Below are positions 1 to 11,580 of a stretch of 64,000 nt of DNA, in pieces (within the stretch, counting starts at the first letter, position 1; every line of letters begins with the position of its first letter). Origin of the DNA: Sphagnum compactum (Eukaryota); contig OZ234493.1 of NCBI GenBank assembly GCA_965153455.1, positions 5,394,001-5,458,000 of the forward strand, given 5' to 3'. Made by a program: the position numbers and the translations under genes. The notes below the pieces were generated by a model. That model searched no databases. It had not been told where the DNA came from and saw only the letters and a program-made list of their open reading frames with translations.

Positions 1-809
1 TAGAAGTTCTTACTATAGGAATTCCAAGTTAAGAATTTCTTTTTTTCCTACCAAGTGGTTTTTGGTGGGAAAAATCGATTCATATGAAATGTGGTGGGAA
101 AATCTTGCATTCATTTCCTTGGTTCTTGTTCTTTGGTATCCAAAGCTAACTCTTAAATGGGTTCATTGAACTATTTGTTGTTTTGGTGTCTAGCCCAAAT
201 TTGGGCAATTTATCAAGGAACAATTAGACAAGGGCTCAATTTTGTATTCTTGGATGTTGTTTTGTACACACAAAATGTCTCATTTCTAAGCACTTGAATA
301 CAATTTTATGTGCTCAAAGCCTCAAATTTGCAGTCATCTCCTTGTTGTTTAATGTAACCTTGGACCCCCATTACCAATCAAGAAGTTGTACAGATTTGAT
401 AAAAAATTGATGGGCTCTTAAATTTTTCACAATAAAGGGTGAGTGTCTTGCACCTTATTACCGAACATTAAATTCCCTTAAAATCATCAAACAATTTAGA
501 ATTTTCGCACAACTCACTTATGGATGAACAATTGACCACAGATGAACTTTTGCTTGGTCATCACCAGAGAACAAAACTAAAACCAAGTATGTTACATGGC
601 GAAATCCGTGATGGGTGATGGGTTGTTCTACCCTAGTAACTCATGCCTTTTTCCCCCAAGATCACTACAGTTATTAGTTTTTTCATATGGATGGTAAAAA
701 GCTCAATCTAAAAGGATGCTCTTTTTGTTTTTGTTGATGAAATTGCTCCACGTGATTTTCTGTTTTGTTTAATAATGGCAAAAGATTGCCTCCCACACCA
801 TCATCATCC

Positions 810-1520
810 ATGAATGAACGATAAGATGCAGAGTGGATGAAGAAGAGAGTGATATGAGGGTAAGGAAGATTAGGGTATATGAGATTAAGCAAGTGAGCTT
901 CGAGCTCTGAGGTTCTTCTATTTTCGTTGGATTTCCATCCATTCAAATTACAACGGAGGCTTGTAACTTTTGTGGAGGAAGGAAGAAAGGAATGAATGAA
1001 TGATTGAATGGGCAGTAAAGATGAAGAAGAGTAGATGAGAGAAAAAGAGAGAGATTAGGTGAGTGGGATTGGGGTAAATGAGATTAGAGTAAGTGAGCTT
1101 GGAGCTCTGACGTTCTACGTTCGTTGTGTTTTCATCCATTCAATTTGCAACTGAGCAGAGTAACTGTTGTGGAGGAAGGAAGGAAAGAATGAATGAATGA
1201 ATAATGAATGGGCGGTAAATATATGAAGAAGAGTGGATGAATGAGAGAGAGAGAGAGAAGGGTAAGCGAGAGTAGGGTAAATGAGATTTTAGTGTAAGCG
1301 AGCTTGGAGCTCTGACATTGTATTTTCATCCATTCAAATTGCAACCGAGGAATGTAGCTGTTGTGGAGGAAAGAAAGAAAGAAAGAAAGAAAGCTTGAAT
1401 GAATGGGCGGTGAAGATGAAGAAGAGTGGATGAATGTGACAGAGGAAGAGGTTAGGGTAAAGTGAGATTAGGGCAAATGAGATTTGTGTAAGTCAGCTTG
1501 GACCTCTGACGTTCGTATTT
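810..1520. repeat. Degenerate tandem repeat, ~195-bp unit, ~3.5 copies, directly upstream of the complex I gene
   Basis: Recurrent block AAGAAGAGTGGATGA...GGGTAAATGAGATT...GAGCTTGGAGCTCTGAC...CATCCATTCAA. The marker CATCCATTCAA recurs near 936, 1133 and 1327; the last copy ends ~1520. Confidence 0.85.
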
Positions 1521-1704
1521 TGGTTTCGTGGTTCTTCCTCGCGGTGTTTGTTGTCGTGTTCTTTCTTGTTAGGGTAAGCAAGCAAGCTTCGATCTGAAGA
1601 GGAAGTGGGCGGGGCGGGACGGCGAGAGAAGGAGTGGGGATTTTTTTGTTTTCTCAAGGCTGTTGTTGAGGAAGCCAGCCTTGAGAACGACAGTGGTGGT
1701 TACG

Positions 1705-4120
1705 ATGAGGAGCTTGGGAAGTGCAGCCAGGAAGGCTGCAGTTTGTCTTAACGGTAGCGGCTATGGCAGTTCATTGGTATCTCAGCGACGAGCCTTAAGT
1801 CAAGCTGCTGCTGCTACTCCTCCTCCTCCTCCTCCTCCTCCTCCTCCTCCGCCACCAGCCGAGAAAACGCACTTCGGAGGATTGAAAGATGAGGATAGGA
1901 TATTCACAAATCTGTATGGATTTCACGATCCGTTTCTGAAGGGAGCGGTGAAGCGAGGGGACTGGTATCGGACCAAGGATCTGGTGTTGAAAGGCACGGA
2001 TTGGATCGTGAACGAGATGAAGAAGTCGGGGTTGAGAGGGAGAGGAGGTGCAGGATTCCCTTCTGGATTGAAGTGGTCTTTCATGCCTAAGGTCTCCGAC
2101 GGTCGGCCCTCCTACCTTGTTGTCAACGCTGATGAGAGCGAGCCAGGAACTTGTAAGGATCGCGAGATCATGAGGCATGATCCGCACAAGCTTCTCGAGG
2201 GATGCTTGATCGCTGGAGTCGGGATGCGAGCTCGGGCTGCTTATATCTACATCCGTGGGGAGTACGTGAACGAGCGGCTCAATCTTCAGAAAGCTCTTCA
2301 TGAGTGTTACAAAGAAGGTAACCCTTTTCCTGCCATCAGCAAAATAAAACTCTTCCAGATTGATTCTGCCATCACATTTGCAAACTTGATTTCCATTCTC
2401 CAGATGACAGTTCTGTTCTCCACCCTTGGAATTGTTGCAGACATTCAGTTTTCCAGTATCATGATGATTCTGATTTTGTGATGTATTTTACTGTAACCCT
2501 AACAGGTTTACTTGGAAAGAATGCTTGTGGTTCGGGTTATGACTTTGATGTCCACATCCACTTTGGGGCTGGTGCCTACATCTGTGGAGAGGAGACAGCA
2601 CTGCTGGAGAGTCTTGAGGGAAAGCAAGGCAAGCCTCGGTTGAAGCCTCCCTTCCCTGCAAATGCAGGTCTCTACGGATGCCCTACGACAGTCACCAATG
2701 TTGAAACCGTTGCTGTTTCTCCTACGATCCTCCGAAGGGGGCCTGAGTGGTTTGCAAGCTTTGGCCGCAAGAACAACTCTGGTACCAAACTGTTCTGTGT
2801 GTCTGGACATGTGAACAAGCGGTGCACTGTGGAAGAGGAGATGAGCATTCCTCTGAAGGAGCTCATTGAACGGCATTGTGGTGGGGTGAGAGGTGGTTGG
2901 GATAACCTGTTGGCAATTATTCCTGGAGGATCCTCAGTGCCTCTTCTTCCCAAGAGTATCTGTGATGATGTTCTAATGGACTTCGATGCCTTGAAAGCTG
3001 TCCAGTCAGGTGAGTTTGATTTACCTGCTGTTTAGTTTTGTTGGAAATGTCATCCATTGAGTTTTTTGGCAACAGGGCTAAGGAGTAAGGTTTGATGTTT
3101 GTTCAGGCCTTGGAACGGCGGCAGTGATAGTGATGGACAAGTCAACAGATGTTGTGGATGCCATTGCACGTCTTGCCTACTTTTATAAGCATGAGAGCTG
3201 TGGTCAGTGTACCCCATGTCGAGAGGGAGCTCCTTGGCTATGGCACATGATGGAGAGACTCAAGGTTGGGAATGCACATCTTGAGGAGATTGACATGTTG
3301 CAGGTCAGATTTTGAATGGCTATTTGCTGTTGGTTTTCTATCTTGCTCATGATTGCTTTGATGTGCTTACAGGATTTGTTCAGAGTGCAGGAGGCCCCCA
3401 CCACTACCCTCTATGTAGGCCTCTCTATGTCCTAGTCTTAGAAGCTTGCTTGCTTGCATAGGGACAAGTTGAGATGAATTACCCTTTACCCTTACAAGCT
3501 TGTTGCAGTTTGAGTTATGATACTTTTAGAGCTAGCCAACATCACGACTGAGTCTTCCAATTTCTTCCGGAAGTGTGATGGAAAATCAGGACACAGATTG
3601 TGTACGATGGTTTGCCGAAATTTTGGGCAAGTACTAATCTACACCCACTGTTGGAAGCTGACAAAGTCAGTGGGCAGTCATGGCAGCTTGTCACTGCTAT
3701 TTGTAATGAAGGTGAAGGTCTGACACTTTGTGAATTTTCACAAGGTTATGACTCCTCTCATTTTTGTGTTACCTTCAAAGTGTTGTGGAGATTCCTATGG
3801 AATCTCATAGATATAATTGGAATTCTTCACATTTACAAATAAGGCTGCATGAAAGTGGTGCTTTAAATGCATTGATTGTCTTTTAAGGGGTGGCAGTAAT
3901 GTTTGATGGAGCCAATAATACCAGTCAAGTGCTGATGGTTGGGCTTTTCTTGTACCAGGAGGTTACCAAGCAGATTGAGGGACACACCATATGTGCATTG
4001 GGTGATGCTGCTGCATGGCCTGTGCAAGGTTTGATAAGGCATTTCCGCCCTGAGCTTGAGTCCCGCATTTTGGAGCGAGCAAAGCGTGAGCAACAGGAAT
4101 TGAAATTGGCATCTGGGTGA
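1705..4120 (+). CDS. NDUFV1: NADH:ubiquinone oxidoreductase 51-kDa FMN subunit (NDUFV1/NuoF homolog), mitochondrial
   Basis: Exons 1705-2317, 2506-3009, 3107-3303, 3959-4120 (all GT-AG; 1476 nt, 491 aa). Motifs [51 protein letters not shown] and the Fe-S motif [12 protein letters not shown]...[12 protein letters not shown]. Arg/Ser/Ala-rich N-terminal presequence. Confidence 0.97.
1819..1857 (+). repeat. (CCT)10 microsatellite plus CCG CCA CCA, encoding a 13-proline run
   Basis: Read directly at 1819-1857. Confidence 0.95.
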
Positions 4121-7100
4121 GAAATGTGCATGCTATGAATTTAACTGAGTACAGTATCTTTGAGTGATAGAAATAGATGACTTCTTGGAAAGGAAATCAC
4201 TGTCAGCTCAATTAGGCACCAGGGTGAAGGTGCAAGTACTTCATTACAAATTTGTTGTCACAACTGGAGTTGACTGCCTCCAGAGATTGTGAAGTGATGT
4301 GGTTCATATGGTAACAAGTATGGGTGACCATGATTATTAGTGTCGGATTAGTGTACAGAGATTCACTGTGGCAATTGAATTGTCAGTGTGCATCATTTGT
4401 GCATGTGATTAAATGCAATAGACAGATGTAAGAATTGGAGCATGATATTAGCAGATGTGGTTGTCTTGCCAAAGATTCAAAAATTAGGATTCTAGCAACC
4501 GTGACCACTGATGACCATTGTCTGTGAATGCAAATAAAGAGCACTGTCTTGTACCCTGATGCTAGTGTGACTGAGGTGTTCTTATTCTCACTCAACCTTT
4601 GGAATATACTGGTGGAGACTTGAAATATCATGCAGAGTTTTCAAGACTGTGAGAGAGATATATTTGGGTTTTACAATCATGTTACTCTTGGGTGAACAGG
4701 CCTTAAATTTGAAGGGCCTTTGTGCTCTTCACCTGTGAGATTTCTCCACTAGCCTTCACATTGAAAGACTGACCACAAAAAAAGTGGTCTTTGCAATTGA
4801 AAAACTCTTCAGAAATTTTCCCTTTGCAAAACCAAACATGTATGACCTTGCACTGAAAACACATTAGAGGCATATTGAAAGCTACATATCTTCAAGGACC
4901 CACCTATCTTTCACATTTCTATACAATGTATGTTTGCTCCCAATCTAACAATGGTGGTGCACGCTCAACAAGTGACAATGCACATTAAAACATAAATTAT
5001 CCAATCTCAAAACACATGTCTTGATATTTATGCTCAGATTCTAAAAATTGAAAATCCTATAACATGATACTGGTTTTTGATACTTTCACATATAAGCCTG
5101 GTCGAGGTATTGGACTGGTATTGGGCCCAAGGATGATTTTTGCCTGGTATGAGATAAACTTAGTATTGAGAGTGATATAAAACTAGTATGAATGATGCTG
5201 GCATTATCTCAAATCTCTACTGGTCTGGTATTGGTATAAGGCTTGTATATTGCCTAAGGTGATACCAGATTGACATGTTCTTTCATACCAGTATAGATAT
5301 CAATACTATATATGCCTAGAGTGCTCCATATATATGACAACAACATTGGTTTATACACAGCTAACCACTGTGATTAGCTTTGGGACAGGAATACAAAGAA
5401 AAATTGTTTCCTGCCCACACACCATCCATAGTGCATGGTGTGACATGGTGAATTCTCGTTTTGTTTGGCCAATGGTTAATACCAAGGTAATGGCTATTGG
5501 GTTATGAGGAGTTTGGTTGTAAAAACTAAAACCCAGTGTTGGCTGGTTTCATGTTAATGGGTATAAATTTTTAGACTAGTTAGTTCCATAGGTTTTCTAG
5601 TAATTACTAGTTACTAGTGATAGATTTATTGTTCTTGACCCAAGGGGTGAAGCTATTGGGATTAGGTAACTCAGGTTAATGAGTGGTTGGGAGTAATCCA
5701 TTCAATCATTTAGGAAATTTTTAAGAAGGGATTAGAATAAGGGTTTTATTTTCTATGGATCAATGTGAGCCTTGTGGGTGATATGTGAAAAAGAGAGACT
5801 AAAGGAAATGGAAGAGAAGGGGAGAGGAATTCGATACTTGGAGGTGTGGAGAATTTGGGAATGAAGGACTTTCGTGAAGAGGGATGTAAGGAATGGAAAA
5901 AGATGTATGTACCTTTGTGTATGATTTTAGTGGAGGATGGTTGAAGGACTCGAGTCTCTTGTGATGTATTGCTATTCTATTGAGTGAGGAAGGTAGAGTA
6001 ATTGATAATCTACAAGAAGGATGCTTCATTAAGTTAGTAGTTACGTATTTTTTTAAGACAAAGAGTAATGAGGCTTAACCTTTGGTAGTCTTTGGATAGC
6101 TAAGCTACTAGTTGCCATTGGAAAATAGCAGCCAATCTTTGATGGTAGAAAGCAACATAAAGGAAGATCAATGAAGAGTTGCCTTTAAATTGAAGGGTAC
6201 TTCTGTAGGTGAAAGTAACTACTCTTGAGTTTTGATTACCTTTCATGTTTCCCCTCTCTATTTTATCCCCATTATCCCCTAGTTTAGATCATTTATAGAA
6301 GGGTAGGTTTGGTCTTAACTAGGAGGCCCCTATCTATTTCCTTCTTTTTGGTATGACATCTTACTTACTACTTGGGTAGTTGTAGTAAAGTAAGCTAGTG
6401 AGAGTAGTTTTTTTTTGCATTTATAAGGTGTTGACATTGTCCCTTGGTTTTACTACCTTGAGGACAATAATGATCAAAGGCTATAGTTTCACCTTTTAAC
6501 ATTCTAGTTAATGGGTACCTAGACTATTGATTCAAAATTTTGATTTTTTTTTTTCATAATCGAAATTTGAATTGACAACCAACCTTTCACTAAAATAGGA
6601 CCTAAAATGAGAACCAGCCCCAAAATTCAATTTATCTAGGTTCTAGTTTTGGTTTTTTAATTAAAATTTTAATTTTTTAAAAAAAATTCTTATTTTGGTT
6701 AGACATGCTGTTAATTTTAGAAAAAATGAATCAAAGTTTTAAATAACACAACAACATTCTTTTGAATAAAAATTTGGGTTTTAGTGGGCATGTAGTTCTT
6801 ACTTTTAGAATGTGTTTCAAGTATATATTATTTATTATTTATTTAACTTTTTTGTGGGTTTCGGCATCTAGTTCATATAGTTGGTCACATTTATTTGTGG
6901 TACAATGAGTAGTAAAAAGACAAGAAAATCTCAGTTTTGGGCTTTGAATAATTCAATAAAATGGGATTTGGTATGGAATTGAACCTATTTATGATTTTAA
7001 AAAAAAAATCCATACCCAAAGGTTTCAAAAGGTGAAGAACTAGGTCCAAAACATTTTTAAAAAATCTTAGGTTATATCTTATTTTATAAGATCTCAACTT

Positions 7101-7139
7101 ATTTATAATTATTTATAATTATGTTTTTAAAAGTATTTA

Positions 7140-8720
7140 ATTAATATTATTTTAAATTATTTTAAATTATTTCACCTTAGATTATTTTAGTCTACTTCAC
7201 CCTAAGGTATTTTAATGTATATTTGGTTATTCTAAATTATTCCATCTTTTGTTATTTAAAATTATGTTACCAAAGGTTATTCTTAATTATTTTAAATTAT
7301 ATTTCAAGATTTTTAAATTATCTTTTTCTTAAACTATTTTAGGTTGTTCTAAAGTATTGTATCCTAGTTTAGGTTATATAGTTTATAATAACCCAAGATG
7401 TAATAACTTATAATAACTTAAGGTCGAATAACATGAAATAATTAAAATAACTAGAAACAAGATAGGGTGAAATGACTTAGATTAATAAAAGATAACCTAA
7501 TTAATTATAACATAGGGTAAAATACCTTATAATAAGATTAGATGGAACAATTCATGACAAATAATAACCTAAGGTGGAATAATCTAAAATGATTTAGAAT
7601 TACACAAGGTGGAATACTTTAAAATAATTGAAAATAATTTAAGGTAGAATAATTTTAAATAGCTTAAAATGAAATAATTTAAAATATCCAAAAATAACTT
7701 AAGGTAAAATAATTTAGAATAACCTAGTGTGAAAAAGCCTAAAATAACCCAAAATAGTCAAAAGTAGACTACAATAATCTAGAATGAAATAACTTGGAAT
7801 AATTGAAAATAAAATAAAATAAAATAACCTATGGTGGAATATCCAAGAATAGTTTAAAGTGGAATAGCTTATAATAACCAATAATAGCTTAGGGTGATTT
7901 AACCTAAAATAACTTAGGGCAAAATAATTTGAAAAAATGTAATAACCTACAATAGATCACGGTTGAATAACTTAAAATAGCCAAGGATAACATAAAGTAA
8001 AATAATCAAGGGTGAAATAATTTAAAATAGATTAAAATTTTTTAAGTAAAATAATTTAATATAGATTATTTTTTAATAAAATAATTTAAAATAACTAAGA
8101 AAACATAAAGTATAATAGTTTAAGATTAAGCTAAAATCTTAACTTGTGATACCTTGTAAATAACCTAAGGTATCAAACACTAGCTTAGGAATAACTCATA
8201 ATAATTTACATTAATTTAGGAATAAACCTAAAATTAGTGTAAGAACCTAACTTATGGTAACCCATACATAGACTTGGGTAGTTTATAGTAGCCTACACTA
8301 ACCTAGGAACCTAAGTCACAATAGCTTACACATAGACTTGGATAACTTACATTAGTTTAAAAATAAATTACAATAACTTATTAATATTTTAGGTTATGTA
8401 AGTATGTAAGGTAAAGTAACAAAGTAACATAGGTAGGAAAAATATTTAGGGTAGATATTTAGGTAGGTTAGGAAAAAAATTTGCATAATAATATGTGACG
8501 ATAAGTCATATCACTTATTTAAATAATGATTCAATGGTTAAAGACCTGCTCCTTAAACTTGAAGGTGAGGGAAAGTGAAAATTCAAACTTTTATACTTAT
8601 ATGTTAAGTTGATGGGTTTAAGTGGCCTAGATTTTAAACTTAGGTTAAGTGGTTTAGTTTAGATTCCTAGCTGCTTAGTTTAGGTTAAATAGCTAGCCTA
8701 ACTTAATTTTGGGTTCTTAT
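7140..8720. repeat. AT-rich low-complexity repeat built from AATAACCTAAGGT / AGGTTATT-like short units
   Basis: Dozens of degenerate units. Orientation is AGGTTATT...AAATTATT before ~7380 and AATAACCTA(A)GG after. TAGGT/ACCTA-rich tail to ~8720. Confidence 0.6.
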
Positions 8721-8939
8721 GTGCTTAGCCTAACTATGAACTTTAAGGTTGGCCTAATGAATTAACTATTAGTGAATGTGATTAATGAATTCATTTGTCC
8801 ATAGAAACTAGTCTCTATTCATTAGGGGTTAACCAACTTTCCCATGGGAAATTTGTTCAAGTTCATTCAAAATATAATCAAATACAATGTGAACTTGAAC
8901 ACATATTGGTGTAATGAATTGTTGAACGCTTGCCCATTA

Positions 8940-10230
8940 TGTTGGGTAAGGGGCTAAACAAGCTTGTTAGGTGAACTTGACGACACACTTGACATAAAAG
9001 TCTTGGGCAAGACCATTCCATGACATTAAGGTCTAATGTGGTATATTCCACAAAATAATAGTTAAAATTAGAAAAATTCAACAAACACATTTTGTTCATT
9101 ATTATGAATGTGGCTGTAACCCTAAATTAAAGCTTTTCCATGATTGGAGAATGATCATTGTTCAATTTGGGGTCACATCTACTTTTGGTGTTGGTTATTG
9201 AGCAAGAAGGAAAAGCTTTTGAAAGCATCAAAAGATCACAATTGAAGCAACTTTCAACGATTTATTATTTTGTTTGTCTTGCAAAATAGGAGCACTTTGA
9301 TTCAGAAATCTTTGCATGGTAAATAATATTTTTGAATGAATGTGTGATAGTTGGAGTTCCGTTTAGGATTTGATGTTGCTAAACCTAGCTAGAGCATGTT
9401 GGCATCGAATCTTGGTTTAATGACATTTTGTTTGTTTTGGAGATGGGCATTCTTGTGGTGCATGCGATTGTTGCGAAGTGAAGTGTGCCATGGACCTTGG
9501 TGTATAAGAAGGCGACAATGTTGCTAGTCACAAAGGAAGTGTTATATATACAAACCCTTAGTAAGAAAAATTGTAGAATCTTATTGTCTTCCACTACATC
9601 TTTAGGCATTGCATTTTACTTGTTTACTATAAGGATGCATCGGAGGAAGAGGATGACAATACTAGGCATTGCCAAGGTTTGGTGAGGAAATGTGGGGAAT
9701 GTTAAATTCTAGAATTTTTTGGGTAGATAAACTTTGGAGCATGCAATTGTGTACATTTAGTGTTTATGAAGTTCAAATGACCTTGTCGGTCTAAATCAAA
9801 TGTTGACTGTTAATTGGGTGCTTGTGAAATGGAGGTGTGGTAGTTGGTGCATGGGTATGAATTGATTGTGAAAATGTTGTACTTTAGATTTGTGACTTAG
9901 ATGACCTTGAGGGTTTGAGTTTGGTGGATTCATAATTGTGATGATCCTATGTGTAAGGGAAACATTGTGAAGTTATGTTATGGGTTTAGAGTAAGTATGT
10001 AAGAATGTCTTGATGGAGTGTGTTGACTAGATTCTCCTATTGAGCATTAAGAGGATTGGGTAATAAGGGTTTTATATCTTCATGATCAAACTTATGGACA
10101 TTGCTATCCTAGAAGGTGATTTCTCTTATGTCTTTACTTGTTTTTGACTTCTAGATAACTTCTGCTTGAGATTGTGGGATAGACTTTGGTAGAAACAATG
10201 TTGTGAGATAAGTTTAGTGTAGTAACCCTA
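8940..10230 (-). pseudogene. Decayed transposon ORF with an OTU-like cysteine protease remnant (possible N-terminal part of a Helitron/Helentron protein)
   Basis: Minus-strand fragments in OTU order across frameshifts: HCFYQSLS (10177-10200), DHEDIK (10070-10087), PLHIG (9945-9959), HNYEST (9923-9940). Weaker CFNC and SWNGLA fragments near 9250 and 9015. Confidence 0.4.
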
Positions 10231-11149
10231 ACAATACAAGCTCAAATATTTAGTGGCAACAGGTTGTTTTGTTGTTTGTGGATGGTAGTGGGATAGTTCA
10301 AGGGGTTAGATGGGACCTGAAAGAAGGACCATATAATAATTACAAGATAGTGTTTGATCCTGCGAAGAATCCAAGTAAGATGAGGACTTGAGTTAGCTAA
10401 GGTGCAGCAGATGGCTCCCAGAGGGAGTTGTATTAATCAACCAGCAACAATAAATTGATGTGGTGATTTATCCCATGTATCAACATAGAACAAGAACATT
10501 TCACAATCCTATATTGTGTGTTTCTTAATCTCTGAGGTTTGTCTCATTTAGCTGATGACCTTCTTTTTGTTCACATGTGCTCATTACTGGAAGATCATGC
10601 AGTATGGTCAAGAAAGTGACATAATCTGCCAACCCAGACCTTAATGTTTTGATTTCAATTGGTTTCCAGAGTAGCTATTAATTTCCGTGATTAGCAACAT
10701 ATCAGAAGCAGAGGATTTCCAGCTTTGCTGATGATTAGTACTACCACTGAACTTGGATCATCACACAACATCCAAAACTATGAAATTCAAACATCCTTCA
10801 GGCAATGAGTGTTGAGCATTGGAGTATGTAAATCCTGAGCATTGAATAAACCCTAAACCCAATACTTTGGTTTTCAGCTCAAAATAGAATAGAGGGACCT
10901 GTTTGAAGCCTGTTTCTGCTTATTTCCCAACAGAAGATCACAATTGGAAAATTTTCTGCACCACCACCACCATAAGTTCTATAACTTGGAGAGCAATGTA
11001 CAAGGAAAAAAATGTCCAGCAAGATGATGAATCAATTGCTAAAGAGTAGTTAAAAAAATATTAAACCACCCAAAAAGCAAGCTTTAAAATCTTCAAAGCC
11101 TTTTTTTTTTTGGGTGAAAATTCCACAACTTTTTTTCACCTTTGATTTG

Positions 11150-11580
11150 AATGGTATTAAGAAGGAAGGAAGGAAGGAAGGAAGGAAGGAAGGAAGGTGT
11201 TTTCTAGAGGACCTTGTTTTGAATTGTATGAAGAAGAAAAAGGTTTTGTGGAAAACCTTGTTTTGAATGGTATGAAGAAGAAAAAAAAGGTTTTCTAGAA
11301 AACCTTGTTTTGAATGGTATGAAGAAGGAAGGAAGGTGTTTTCTAGAGGACCTTGTTTCAAATTGCATGGCAAAGAAGAAGCTTTTCTAGATGACATTGT
11401 TTTGAATTGAATGAAGAAGACGAAGGAGAAGAAGGAAGGAAGGTTTCCTAGAGGACCTTATGGTTTTGAGTATGAGCTTGTTTTGAATATTGGGTGTGAA
11501 GAAGGAGATCTTCAAGGTTTTTTTCTAGCTAGATGCACTAGCTGTTTTGACTTGAATGAAGAAGGAGGAGGTTTTCAAGA
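11150..11580. repeat. ~45-bp minisatellite in the 3' flank of the GT47 gene, with one unit inside the CDS end
   Basis: TGTTTTGAAT(T/G)GxATGAAGAAG...GGTTTTCTAG recurs near 11214, 11259, 11305, 11353, 11397, 11478 and 11543. (GAAG)n run at 11161-11197. Confidence 0.8.

Noticed and set aside
1795-2953. Antisense ORFs over NDUFV1 (and similar ones over GT47, ValRS, ATP12 and LIP1)
   Set aside because: Shadow frames of real coding exons.
5450-6300. Possible LINE ORF1 remnant on the minus strand
   Set aside because: Only vague fragments (MDYSQPL, IKDWL) and no diagnostic motif.
8525-8595. tRNA-like A/B-box words (also 43775-43860 on the minus strand)
   Set aside because: No cloverleaf can be formed; at most decayed SINE-like heads.
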